Part shown: positions 1 through 9,626 of the stretch, piece by piece
Position numbering within the stretch: position 1 is the first letter of the stretch
Layout: each line of letters opens with the position of its first letter
Origin: an uncultured Lachnospiraceae bacterium
Lineage (GTDB): Bacteria > Bacillota > Clostridia > Christensenellales > UBA1242
Length of the DNA: 64,000 nucleotides
NCBI GenBank assembly: GCA_964368755.1
Contig: CAYJCR010000001.1
Coordinates: forward strand, 3,939-67,938
Direction: 5' to 3'
Position numbers and translations under genes: made by a program
The notes under the pieces: model-generated
The model's database searches: none
Told to the model about the DNA's origin: nothing
Seen by the model: the letters and a program-made list of their open reading frames with translations, nothing else

Positions 1-3000
1 CAGTACAACTCTTGTAGACAAAACTACCAGCATGATTGGATATGGTAGCGAATACAAAGAAGATTATGTTGGATTCAATATAGGTAATGTTAAGCCAGGT
101 TCTATGACAAGTTTGTTGACAAGCCTTGCATTGTATATGGAAGAGGATTCTAAGATATACTTGAGGAATACAAACTCAGATGGTTACAACTTGGGACTTT
201 ATATCAGACCAACAAGTAATACAGTATCCGACACATATTTTGATAATCAACTAGTATCTATCAATGCAAATTATAAGATTGGTACTGTAGAATTTGGAGA
301 AAGTGGAGCTTTGAAGATCGCCAAGGCTTTTGACCAAGCCAATCCACTTGATAGCTACTTCGTAATAACTCCAACTGGAGAATTGATAGGAAAGAACGAT
401 TTGAGCCTTGTTCTAAAGTTAGAAAATGGAGACAACGATCTTGAATTAACTATCCCAATCTCTATTGCATATAGAGCACTTAATCCAAGTATCAAATATT
501 TTGAGACAGGAAAATATGTCAAGACACAAGATAGGAATATAGTTGCTAACAAGGTTTATTATTCTAAGAGTGGCGATGTGTATACAAAAATCGAGACTCC
601 TATCGCAAGTAGTCTTAGCAATTATTATGAAGTAGACAGCAGTGTAGATTCTTCTTCGATATACTTTGCTTCTGCAAGTAATACACCACTCAATCTTGAT
701 GATTCTTTCTACAATCAGAATGCTGATCTAGAGTCAGGCTCTCAGGCAACGCTTGTTAATCCTGCATACGGGACGAAGTATACCTATTCATCTAATGCAA
801 CTTATAAGACACTAAAATATTTCTTGCCATCGAATTATACATTTGAAGGCAATGCTGATGAAATAAAAGTTACCCAAGTTGATGTAGAACCAACTGTATG
901 GGCATTTAATTCAAAGAATCGTGTTAACTATTACAAAACTACCCCAGATACAGCAACGATCTTGTATCTAGACAATTTTAGAGAAATAGGCAATGCAATA
1001 GCTTTTTCTTACAAATATGGCGAGATGACATCTTATATCAATGAAATTGTATATCCAACAAATACTGGTGCTTATCTATGGAATATCTATTACAACAATG
1101 CAGAACATAAGTATGCCTTTTACAAAAACACAGAATGGTATTTGGCTGAATGTACAACTTCTGCTTTGACAAGTGCAGGCATTAGTGGTTTGCCAGTATC
1201 AGTTCAAGCAAGTATAAATAACAAAACAAGTATATTCAATGGTAATACCTTGTATGTTGTTAGCACAGCAGATAACAATTATGGATTGAACAAATACACA
1301 ATCGCAGATAATCCAAACATGACCTTCTATGCCAATCTTTTGCAAAGAGATGGTTCTATAGAAATTGTAGATGGTATTGTATACTTTGGTGGATATAGTG
1401 ATAATATCTTCACTATTTATGCCAAAGTTGTTGCTACATACAACGGAGCGCCTTATCTCGATAGCAATGCAGATTATGTTACAATAACCAACGATGGTGA
1501 GTTGGGTATTAAGTTCCAAGTGTATGACGAACTAGATATTGAGGAAATTGAATGTTTTGTCAATGATTGCGAATACAACTTTGAGAGTAAATACACATTC
1601 GATTGGTCAAGAAAAATATTGTATGATAACGAAAATATTTATTATGGGCCACATTCTGATACTGATGTAGATAATGATATATATGTTTACCGAATTGGTT
1701 CGGATAGATATACTATTACTCACTCTGGAGTTTCTAAGAATGGTACTCAATTGTTAACAAGAATATATCTTTATGAGAATGAGAATTATTCTGTTGCAAT
1801 CACTAAGGGCACAAACTCACAAATTGCTCTCAACAAGAATTTGAGCAATATGGAGATAAGCCTTAGTAATAACATATCGGATAAAAATATATATTGTGGA
1901 GATTCAGGCAGTTATTATAACCAATTTGAGTCTATTGGAGGAAGCATATCCTCTGAAGGAACATCTATTATAAGTACTCCGATACTTGAATCACTCAAGA
2001 CATTAGGATCGGGTGCTAATACAGTTGGCGACAAAGCTGCAGACATTGTTATCACTAATGATGGCTCAAGCTATACAAAGAATGTATACATCAAAGATAA
2101 GAGAATAACTGAAGTTGTTGCTGGATATTATGATGAAGTAAGTATACCTGCAGAGATAATAGACAATTATTGTGTTATTGAGCTAAATAGTAAGAGATAT
2201 TTGTGTGCAGGAGATAATGGATTCTATACTTACACTGATGGAACTGATTACTATATTGTTGTTGGTGATGAAACCACACATAAGACATATAAGAACAATG
2301 TTATCACAGGTGTCAACATCACGACAAATACTAGTGGAAAGTTCGTATATAGTGAAGATATTGATAACTTCTTCTATTATTTTGTAACTAATACTGGAGA
2401 TATAGAGACTAGTGGTGCTGATATCACAACAAAAGTAGCCGATGTAGTCAACACTGAGATATCTGCTTCTCCTAGTGACGGTAAAATGAACCTTAATATA
2501 TTGTCAGCATCTAGTGGTCAGACATATACAATTGAGATTACATTAGCAGATTTGTCTGAGAATGCCTTTATTCAAGACACTACGAATACTCCTTTTGAGG
2601 ACACAGATATAGTCTGTCAAACAGTTAGCCTTACTATAGTCGTACCAACTTTGACACTATCAGATGCTACAGATTCTATCGGATTCAAAAACAATGATAT
2701 ACTTTTGAGCAATGTAATCGAAGTAAAAGATGGAACGACAATTGTTACTGATAGTAGCATTGAATATGTCCTTGCGAACTCTCTAGACAGCGAATATGTC
2801 AAGATAGTTAACAAAACAGATGGATATCATTTATATTGTCTTAAGGATTTACAACAGAATAGAGCAATTACTATTAATGTTAGATTGGGCAATAAGATTA
2901 TTGGTTCAAAAGATATCTCATTGACAGTTCCTTATACAACTAAGAATATCACATACGCATTGTCATCAGACACAGCTGTTAACCCTAGCAAAGAATACTA

Positions 3001-6000
3001 TACTAATGCTAGCGATGTTTATATCAAAGTAGCAAATCCTACTGGCGATCCAAGTGCATTGGGATACTATGAAAAGACTTTGAATGCCAACACTTCATCC
3101 AATAGGATAGCTTTGAATGCTGGTAAGAGTTATACTTTGTCAAAGATATTGGATATAAAAGATTTGTCTTCTGATAAGGCAATCGGATACGGTAGATATT
3201 TTGTATTTGATGGCAAAGTGTTTGGATTCACAATCACAGGCATCCAATGTGAAGGAGCCGATTGCAGTAAAGATACAAGTGGCGACTATTATGTATACAA
3301 CAACTACTATTTGCGTATAGTTGACAAGAATAGTGATGAGATTCCAGATACAGTTGAGATATATGAATTGAACAACTATATTGCAGATACCAGTTTGCAA
3401 GTAACACCTCAATACGATGAGGGTGATTTCTCAGGAATAACAGTTGTAATAGGTGGGTCAACAAGGTCGTTTGGTTTTGCAACAACAGGTGGTTCGTATT
3501 CAATGCAAGAAGAAGATGTTGATATCACACCAGAAGTGTTCAGTGGAGTAACATATTGGCCTATATCTGGCACGTTGTATGCGTTTACGATAACTGAAAC
3601 AGCAGGCGTATATTCATATGGTCAGATGTATCGCAAAGAATTGGGACTATCAACGAACTTTGCTTCTAATGCTTTAGATATCAAGAAGATGGAGTTAACC
3701 ACAACATCGAAGTATGTTATTCTTATTGAAGACAATCTTGATGTTTTGCACCTCAACTCAGATAGCATTGATGCTACAATCACAATGACTATTGGATCAT
3801 ATACAAAAGAGATATACTTGCATTTGACGGAGATCTTTGATGATAACAGTATAGGTTTGTATGATTCACAAGATGAAAACAAAGAAGCTGTATATGCAGA
3901 TAATGGCACAAATACAATCAAAATACCTGCGCTTGTTAGTGATATTAACAATCATGCTATAACGAACATACAAGCTACTTTTGTTAAACTTGTAAGTAGA
4001 GAAAACATTAGTCCTTTGCCTTCTTCAACATTCGAATGTGATGGCAAGGCTTTTGGATACAATGCTGGAGCGATAAGCTACAATGGTGTTGCTCTTGAGC
4101 AGAGAGCAGGTTACTTTGTATACAACGATCAGTATGCGTTCAAGGTTGAGGCTGAGGAGATCGAGGTATACAACATCGAGTCTACTGGAGATTTGATCAG
4201 TTCTGCGTATAATAATAAGACTCTTACATTTGAGTCTCAGAACATATCTTCAGACATGATAATCATGGCGAACTTGCACATAGTATTTGGAGAAAGTAGT
4301 AAAGAGATATATATTGATGCGTACAAAGTATTCGGACTCAGAGCAAAGTTGAGAATAGAAGTCAAAAATGATGAAATCAACTCTGGAGTTAGTGCCGATG
4401 TGTCTACAACAAGCTATCTTGATTGTACGTCTAACACAGGAGCTGCCGTTGTTGCAACGGATATATTGAGTGGATCAACTTATGCTTTGGCACTTGGCGC
4501 TAATGCTGATGGCAATCTTCAGCATGTAGACAGAACAACAGTAGCGGACGATGATGGCAAATATTACGAATACTATTATATCAAGATAGATGGAGTAACT
4601 AAGGTTACATTGAAGATAACATATGATGCTTTCCTCAAATTTGAGAAAGCTACGTTAATTACTGGATATGTATCGGAAGATTATGTTTGCTATCTTGTTG
4701 TGCAATATCAATCAGCAGAGTATAGATTGCCAATAACAGTCAGACCACTTGTGGATATGGGCTATAAGATAACTAATAGTAGTTCGGATCCAGAGATAGT
4801 AGATAGTAACAGTTCTCTTAATATGTTAGATGATAGATTTGATATCTCATCTAACGACGGAGAGACAAGAACTCCAACTATGTCGCTCAAAGCATATGAC
4901 GCTACGGGCAAATTATTGTCGGCAGAAGAGACAGAGAACATAGCAGAAATAAACGGAAGCAATGTTGTGATAAATAGCAATACTGCTGATTATATACTAG
5001 AGATCATAGCTAGTGTGGAGATAAAAGATGTCGAAGAGACGGTATTGTTCTCAAGAAGCTTGAGTTACTACGTTGCTATTAGGAGAGATATATCTTTCTC
5101 GACATACTACTCATATAGTAACGGTAATGATTATTATATCTTACCTCATGAATTCGCAGAAGGAATAGTATATGAAGTAGCAACTCTTGACTATGTAGAC
5201 AAATATGATGTTGCATATGCTGGTGTTAATCCTAAGCCTGGAACAGCCTCAGTGTATAGTTTAACTCTAGATACAGCAATAATTGCTGGTAAGATATATT
5301 ATATAAGAACTGGGACTGAAGACAACTATATTTTCACTGAAGTTGATCCAAGAGCTTCGCTATATGAAAGTGCAGGGGCAGATACTTACAATGCAACTAC
5401 AGATGCAATAATAGTATCTAACAAGACATACTATACAAGATCAGGAAGTGAAGGATCTTATATTTACAGTGAGGTTAATCCAAGCACTTTGGATTGGTAT
5501 ACAATGACAAGTTCGATCTTCTATCGCAAGGCAATAGATGATGAGAATAAGTACAAGTTCGATTTTGACAACAGAACATTTACATTCGAGAAATATAAAA
5601 ACACAGCTACCAAAGTGGAAGGTGTTGCCAAAACATACAATTTGACTATCTCAGAATGGAACGGTACAACATATGTTAACTCTAACTATAGAGTATATCT
5701 AGGCGATACAAGCGCAAATGTATATCTATTACAGCAAACAGTTCCAGTTAGTGCAGATAAGTTCTTATATGGTGGAGATACCTTTGATGTATCAACATTG
5801 GTTGTAGGGATTGCTGGATTGAGCAATATCAAAGATAATGTATATTGTCTAGTTGATTCAAGTGTTGCATATATATATGTAAACACATCTGATAGGACAA
5901 TACTATCGAAGTTCGATCACGCTAGTATCGATTATATATATAGAGATGGTGAGTTATATCAAAACAACGCAAAGATAACTAAATCAAACAACATTTTTGA

Positions 6001-6895
6001 ACATCTTAATGGAAGTTATTATGAAAGCAAAGGCTTGTTCGTTGACAAAGATGGATATAAGGTTGTAAGTACTATCTCACTAGGCAAAAATGCAGATGAA
6101 AACTATATATTTACATTGAACGAACATAACTATGTATTGAACTATAGGCTTATCAATAATAAAATAAAATTAGCATACGGAGACAATACTTCAGCTAATA
6201 TAACTAAAGGCAATGAAAATGTGACGATCACTACAGGAACAACAATTACAAAAGCTTATCTTGTAGAAGATGGAGATTATTATATCTATTTGGTCATTAC
6301 TTGGACAAAGGGCTCAGATAATAATATAACAATTGTTAGTGCGGCTGATATAGTAGCATATTCGTTTGCAAAGCATAATTATTCTTCTTCGAGTTTTGTA
6401 CTTGCTAATAACATTATTAACATCGTTGGAGAGGATCTAGTATTCAATAGTAGCAATAGTGGAATGAGTTACAAAATATCTCCAACTGCTGCTGCGACAC
6501 CTTTGACAATGGGAGATTATGTTTCTGCAAGTGGAGAGGTTGTTGATCTAGATTCGCTTATCAAAACTGACGCTACATATTCTACTCTTGTTACCATTAG
6601 CATTAATGATATGGGACAGGGTAGCGAGGAGTATAAGACATATAATTATCAGGACATTGTGACGTTATATTACACTGGCGAAGATATTGACGATGTCATA
6701 GCTGGGGCATATTTGGGTAATAGAACGACAACCAATGGAAGAACATTCTATGCGTTATATTACAATACTTCAAATGAGATCAGGCTTAGCACGATCACGG
6801 AATGTGGTGGAATTGTTCAAGCAGCGATTGTAGTAAAAGCAAGCGACAAAGAGATTGGAAGTTTTGCTATTATCAATACTGCAAGAGAAGGATAA
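1..6895 (+). CDS. Giant Tyr/Asn/Thr/Ser-rich protein of unknown function, 5'-truncated by the window edge (at least 2,297 aa visible)
   Basis: Uninterrupted ORF ending at TAA 6893-6895. The frame is already open from nt 2 (STTLVDKTTS precedes the first Met at 32), so the gene probably starts upstream of the window. No motif assignable to a known family. A ~40-aa motif of the type T.D..I...K.YY....G..Y..V recurs. A strong terminator follows. Confidence 0.8.
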   Translation, partial: STTLVDKTTSMIGYGSEYKEDYVGFNIGNVKPGSMTSLLTSLALYMEEDSKIYLRNTNSDGYNLGLYIRPTSNTVSDTYFDNQLVSINANYKIGTVEFGESGALKIAKAFDQANPLDSYFVITPTGELIGKNDLSLVLKLENGDNDLELTIPISIAYRALNPSIKYFETGKYVKTQDRNIVANKVYYSKSGDVYTKIETPIASSLSNYYEVDSSVDSSSIYFASASNTPLNLDDSFYNQNADLESGSQATLVNPAYGTKYTYSSNATYKTLKYFLPSNYTFEGNADEIKVTQVDVEPTVWAFNSKNRVNYYKTTPDTATILYLDNFREIGNAIAFSYKYGEMTSYINEIVYPTNTGAYLWNIYYNNAEHKYAFYKNTEWYLAECTTSALTSAGISGLPVSVQASINNKTSIFNGNTLYVVSTADNNYGLNKYTIADNPNMTFYANLLQRDGSIEIVDGIVYFGGYSDNIFTIYAKVVATYNGAPYLDSNADYVTITNDGELGIKFQVYDELDIEEIECFVNDCEYNFESKYTFDWSRKILYDNENIYYGPHSDTDVDNDIYVYRIGSDRYTITHSGVSKNGTQLLTRIYLYENENYSVAITKGTNSQIALNKNLSNMEISLSNNISDKNIYCGDSGSYYNQFESIGGSISSEGTSIISTPILESLKTLGSGANTVGDKAADIVITNDGSSYTKNVYIKDKRITEVVAGYYDEVSIPAEIIDNYCVIELNSKRYLCAGDNGFYTYTDGTDYYIVVGDETTHKTYKNNVITGVNITTNTSGKFVYSEDIDNFFYYFVTNTGDIETSGADITTKVADVVNTEISASPSDGKMNLNILSASSGQTYTIEITLADLSENAFIQDTTNTPFEDTDIVCQTVSLTIVVPTLTLSDATDSIGFKNNDILLSNVIEVKDGTTIVTDSSIEYVLANSLDSEYVKIVNKTDGYHLYCLKDLQQNRAITINVRLGNKIIGSKDISLTVPYTTKNITYALSSDTAVNPSKEYYTNASDVYIKVANPTGDPSALGYYEKTLNANTSSNRIALNAGKSYTLSKILDIKDLSSDKAIGYGRYFVFDGKVFGFTITGIQCEGADCSKDTSGDYYVYNNYYLRIVDKNSDEIPDTVEIYELNNYIADTSLQVTPQYDEGDFSGITVVIGGSTRSFGFATTGGSYSMQEEDVDITPEVFSGVTYWPISGTLYAFTITETAGVYSYGQMYRKELGLSTNFASNALDIKKMELTTTSKYVILIEDNLDVLHLNSDSIDATITMTIGSYTKEIYLHLTEIFDDNSIGLYDSQDENKEAVYADNGTNTIKIPALVSDINNHAITNIQATFVKLVSRENISPLPSSTFECDGKAFGYNAGAISYNGVALEQRAGYFVYNDQYAFKVEAEEIEVYNIESTGDLISSAYNNKTLTFESQNISSDMIIMANLHIVFGESSKEIYIDAYKVFGLRAKLRIEVKNDEINSGVSADVSTTSYLDCTSNTGAAVVATDILSGSTYALALGANADGNLQHVDRTTVADDDGKYYEYYYIKIDGVTKVTLKITYDAFLKFEKATLITGYVSEDYVCYLVVQYQSAEYRLPITVRPLVDMGYKITNSSSDPEIVDSNSSLNMLDDRFDISSNDGETRTPTMSLKAYDATGKLLSAEETENIAEINGSNVVINSNTADYILEIIASVEIKDVEETVLFSRSLSYYVAIRRDISFSTYYSYSNGNDYYILPHEFAEGIVYEVATLDYVDKYDVAYAGVNPKPGTASVYSLTLDTAIIAGKIYYIRTGTEDNYIFTEVDPRASLYESAGADTYNATTDAIIVSNKTYYTRSGSEGSYIYSEVNPSTLDWYTMTSSIFYRKAIDDENKYKFDFDNRTFTFEKYKNTATKVEGVAKTYNLTISEWNGTTYVNSNYRVYLGDTSANVYLLQQTVPVSADKFLYGGDTFDVSTLVVGIAGLSNIKDNVYCLVDSSVAYIYVNTSDRTILSKFDHASIDYIYRDGELYQNNAKITKSNNIFEHLNGSYYESKGLFVDKDGYKVVSTISLGKNADENYIFTLNEHNYVLNYRLINNKIKLAYGDNTSANITKGNENVTITTGTTITKAYLVEDGDYYIYLVITWTKGSDNNITIVSAADIVAYSFAKHNYSSSSFVLANNIINIVGEDLVFNSSNSGMSYKISPTAAATPLTMGDYVSASGEVVDLDSLIKTDATYSTLVTISINDMGQGSEEYKTYNYQDIVTLYYTGEDIDDVIAGAYLGNRTTTNGRTFYALYYNTSNEIRLSTITECGGIVQAAIVVKASDKEIGSFAIINTAREG

Positions 6896-6917
6896 GATCA
6901 ACTTTTAATCATAAAAA

Positions 6918-6958
6918 ACATCTTATGTGAGACTTGTTCCTCATAAGATGTTTTTTTG
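6918..6958 (+). terminator. Rho-independent terminator of the giant ORF
   Basis: ACATCTTATG ... CATAAGATGT 10-bp stem followed by a T7 run. Confidence 0.8.
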
Positions 6959-7047
6959 TTACAAAAATACGTTTATTTGGTCATAATTAAGCCGATTTGG
7001 CGTAATACTTGACTAGTTGATAAATTATTCACAAAATAAATCAAATG

Positions 7048-7076
7048 TTACCAATAGCGAACAGTGTGTGTATAAT
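7048..7076 (+). promoter_or_regulatory. Candidate sigma-A-type promoter for the 7171 gene
   Basis: TTACCA - 17 nt - TATAAT. Confidence 0.4.
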
Positions 7077-7170
7077 AATGAGATAAAACATTGGACTAGA
7101 TAACAATAATATTGCATTTGGTTGTCTTTTTGAAAAAAGTGATATATACTATTATCATTAGGAGAATCGT

Positions 7171-7893
7171 ATGGGTGTATTTGATAACGAAATATATTCT
7201 AACAAAGAGAAGTTCAGTGAACTTAGTTTTATTGCGCAACGTGATGTATTTTTGAAGATTCGTAGTTGGGTACCCAATGTATCCAAAGAGATAAGGGCAG
7301 ACAAACGTAGATTTGAGAAGATTGTTCTCAAACGTATTGAGCAAGTTGTGACATTTGCAGTTCAAGGCAATATTCCTGCTCAAGATTATCTTGGGTATAT
7401 ATACAAACGTGGATTTGGAGAATTCTTCCCTGTCAATTATCGTAGGGCGATAGAATGGAATGTGTTAGCAGCTTCCAATGGGAGTAAGTTCGCACCTCAG
7501 AAGATGAAAGCATTCCTAAATCCTGCGATTGATATGATATTGTTAAGTAACAAATGGGCGCAGATAGTTGAGTTCAACAATTTAACGAAAGGCAATTATT
7601 TTTGGTTTTTGAGTCAATATGTATGTGATATATTGCGTAATGAGCTTAAACTCAGCGAACTAGAGATGATGAAGAAACCTGTTGTTGAAGAAGATGACAA
7701 TCAGAATAGGACTATTGTTTTCCTTGATAGATTCCGTAACAGAAGTGTTGAGAAGGCTATTGAACTCCTTGAGAAACAACTTCCAGATAATATTGTTGTC
7801 AAAGACAAACAAGGTGTGGCAGAAGACTTGCTCAACGAAGATGAAGAAGACAACAGCTGGGATGATGACGATATAGGTCTTGATGAGATTTAA
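7171..7893 (+). CDS. Hypothetical protein with one Sel1-like repeat and a strongly acidic C-terminal tail
   Basis: ATG preceded by TAGGAG. The segment AQDYLGYIYKRGFGEFFPVNYRRAIEWNVLAASNGSKFA resembles the Sel1/SLR consensus. C-terminus is LLNEDEEDNSWDDDDIGLDEI. Confidence 0.6.
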   Translation: MGVFDNEIYSNKEKFSELSFIAQRDVFLKIRSWVPNVSKEIRADKRRFEKIVLKRIEQVVTFAVQGNIPAQDYLGYIYKRGFGEFFPVNYRRAIEWNVLAASNGSKFAPQKMKAFLNPAIDMILLSNKWAQIVEFNNLTKGNYFWFLSQYVCDILRNELKLSELEMMKKPVVEEDDNQNRTIVFLDRFRNRSVEKAIELLEKQLPDNIVVKDKQGVAEDLLNEDEEDNSWDDDDIGLDEI

Positions 7894-7899
7894 TAAAAT

Positions 7900-7950
7900 A
7901 CAGCCGACTTATTAACCCAAAGAGATGGGTATAGTCATGGCTGTTTTTTT
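7900..7950. terminator. Hairpin shared by the convergent 7171 gene and the spoVT-like gene
   Basis: ACAGCC..GACT / AGTC..GGCTGT stem followed by T7 on the plus strand. Confidence 0.45.
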
Positions 7951-8449
7951 ATTGCTCCAATTGTTTGGCAAAAAAGTCTATCAGGAGTTCAATACTACAA
8001 GACAGGCTTTCTAAACCATTTTTTGGTCCAAAAACTGCTAAATATCCAAACATCGTTGATTGATACTCTATTGGAAGAAGGAGCATCTTATCTGCATTGA
8101 GTTCTTCACACAATGGATTGTCTATGATCATTTGTGTATTGTGTTGAGGGCTGGACAGAACAAGCTTTGATCCAAGATACTTCTTGCTCATACCTTTGAC
8201 ACAAATAATACCCTCATGGTCAGAGATAAGACAGGGCATATTGGTCTTGATGAATACTGTGTCAAGACAGTCTTGTGCCAACTGTTCAAGAGTGGCCAGT
8301 GGAGAGTGCTTTTGTAATACAACTCTATTGTCATCAATAAATATCTCCATTGCAGAGCCAATAGATATCTTGAGTGTCTTGCGCAATTCTTTAGGAATAA
8401 CTATTCTTCCAAGTTCATCTATCTTGCGCACTATACCTGTTGAATTCAT
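7949..8449 (-). CDS. spoVT: Stage V sporulation protein T-like regulator (AbrB-type N-domain plus GAF-like C-domain)
   Basis: MNSTGIVRKIDELGRIVIPKELRKTLKISIGSAMEIF matches the SpoVT/AbrB swapped-hairpin N-terminus. The C-terminal FFAKQLEQ parallels B. subtilis SpoVT FLARQMEQ. Start moved to the Met with an AAGGAG RBS (8449) rather than the ORF-track start at 8521. Confidence 0.85.
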   Translation of the reverse strand: MNSTGIVRKIDELGRIVIPKELRKTLKISIGSAMEIFIDDNRVVLQKHSPLATLEQLAQDCLDTVFIKTNMPCLISDHEGIICVKGMSKKYLGSKLVLSSPQHNTQMIIDNPLCEELNADKMLLLPIEYQSTMFGYLAVFGPKNGLESLSCSIELLIDFFAKQLEQ

Positions 8450-8619
8450 ATTATTCTCCTTATTCATACAGATATTTTGTGAAAAATATGTCATATTATG
8501 TAAAAAACAATCAAAAAGCATGAGAAATAATATTTTGAAGAATGTAACTTATACTTATGTTTTTGTTCGCCAATTTGACAGGTATATGTTATAATTTGCT
8601 TATAAAAAAGTGGGTAGTT

Positions 8620-9564
8620 ATGAAAATAGGAAATGTACAAATTGATAATAATTTATTTTTAGCCCCTATGGCAGGAGTGACAGATATTGGCTTCAGAAAA
8701 GTTTGCCATGAATGTGGGGCTGGTCTTACATATACTGAGATGGTGAGTGTCAAAGGTTTTTATTATCGCAGTCAGAGGACTATGGAGATGCTTAAGACTT
8801 TTGATGGAGAGCGCCCAGTAGCAGTACAGTTGTTTGGACATGACCCAGAGATGTTTGCCAAAGTGGTCGGCAGTGGGGTATTGGACAAGTTCGATATCAT
8901 AGATATAAATATGGGCTGTCCAGCACCCAAGATAGTCAAGAATGGTGATGGTAGTGCTCTACTCAAAGATATGACAAGGGCAAGGACTATCATCGAAGCT
9001 ACTGTAAAGGCAACTACAAAGCCAGTCACGGTGAAGTTCAGAATAGGCTATGATGAAGGCGAGAATGTGGCTGTTGAGTTCGCTAGGATGTGTGAGCAGG
9101 CTGGAGCCAAGGCTATATGTGTGCATGGAAGGACACGTTCGCAATTCTATTCTGGCAAGGCCAATCTTGAAGTGATAAGGCAGGTCAAACAGAGCGTCAC
9201 CATTCCTGTTATTGGCAATGGAGATGTTGTGGACAAGGCAAGTTACAAGGCGATGCTAGATACGGGAGTTGATGCTGTGATGATCGGCCGTGGGGCTCTT
9301 GGACACCCAGAGATTTTTGCCCAACTTATTGGCAAACAAGTTAATATCAGTCATATGGATATAATAACCGAACACATTGATACGTTGTTGCTTTATGATA
9401 GAATGAGTCAAGAGTTTAAGAAACATCTGCTTTGGTACGTTGGTGGATATCCTGGTTGTAATGAGATCAAAGTACAACTTATGCAGGCAGAGAAGTCGCA
9501 ATATATACCTATACTTAGAGATTTTTTTGATTCACAATCCACAAATGTCAAAAACTGCAATTAA
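8620..9564 (+). CDS. dusB: tRNA-dihydrouridine synthase
   Basis: LAPMAGVTDIGFRKVC, DINMGCP and VHGRTR motifs. Start chosen at MKIGNVQIDNN, where Dus alignments begin. Confidence 0.9.
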   Translation: MKIGNVQIDNNLFLAPMAGVTDIGFRKVCHECGAGLTYTEMVSVKGFYYRSQRTMEMLKTFDGERPVAVQLFGHDPEMFAKVVGSGVLDKFDIIDINMGCPAPKIVKNGDGSALLKDMTRARTIIEATVKATTKPVTVKFRIGYDEGENVAVEFARMCEQAGAKAICVHGRTRSQFYSGKANLEVIRQVKQSVTIPVIGNGDVVDKASYKAMLDTGVDAVMIGRGALGHPEIFAQLIGKQVNISHMDIITEHIDTLLLYDRMSQEFKKHLLWYVGGYPGCNEIKVQLMQAEKSQYIPILRDFFDSQSTNVKNCN

Positions 9565-9592
9565 TCATTGTACAAAAAAATATAAAAATGTT

Positions 9593-9610
9593 ATCCTATA
9601 CCTATAGGAT
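9593..9610. promoter_or_regulatory. Perfect 8-2-8 palindrome just upstream of the Na/Pi transporter start
   Basis: ATCCTATA cc TATAGGAT, 17 nt upstream of the ATG at 9627. Function unknown. Confidence 0.25.
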
Positions 9611-9626
9611 AAAGAGAGAATATTTG

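Noticed and set aside
9569-9585. Identical 17-mer ACAAAAAAATATAAAAA, found just after the dusB stop and again at about 15048-15064 after the small membrane ORF.
   Set aside because: It is a low-complexity A/T string in AT-rich intergenic DNA. In the second case it sits like an UP element upstream of a -35, but the first copy has no matching promoter geometry. The evidence for a specific motif is insufficient.
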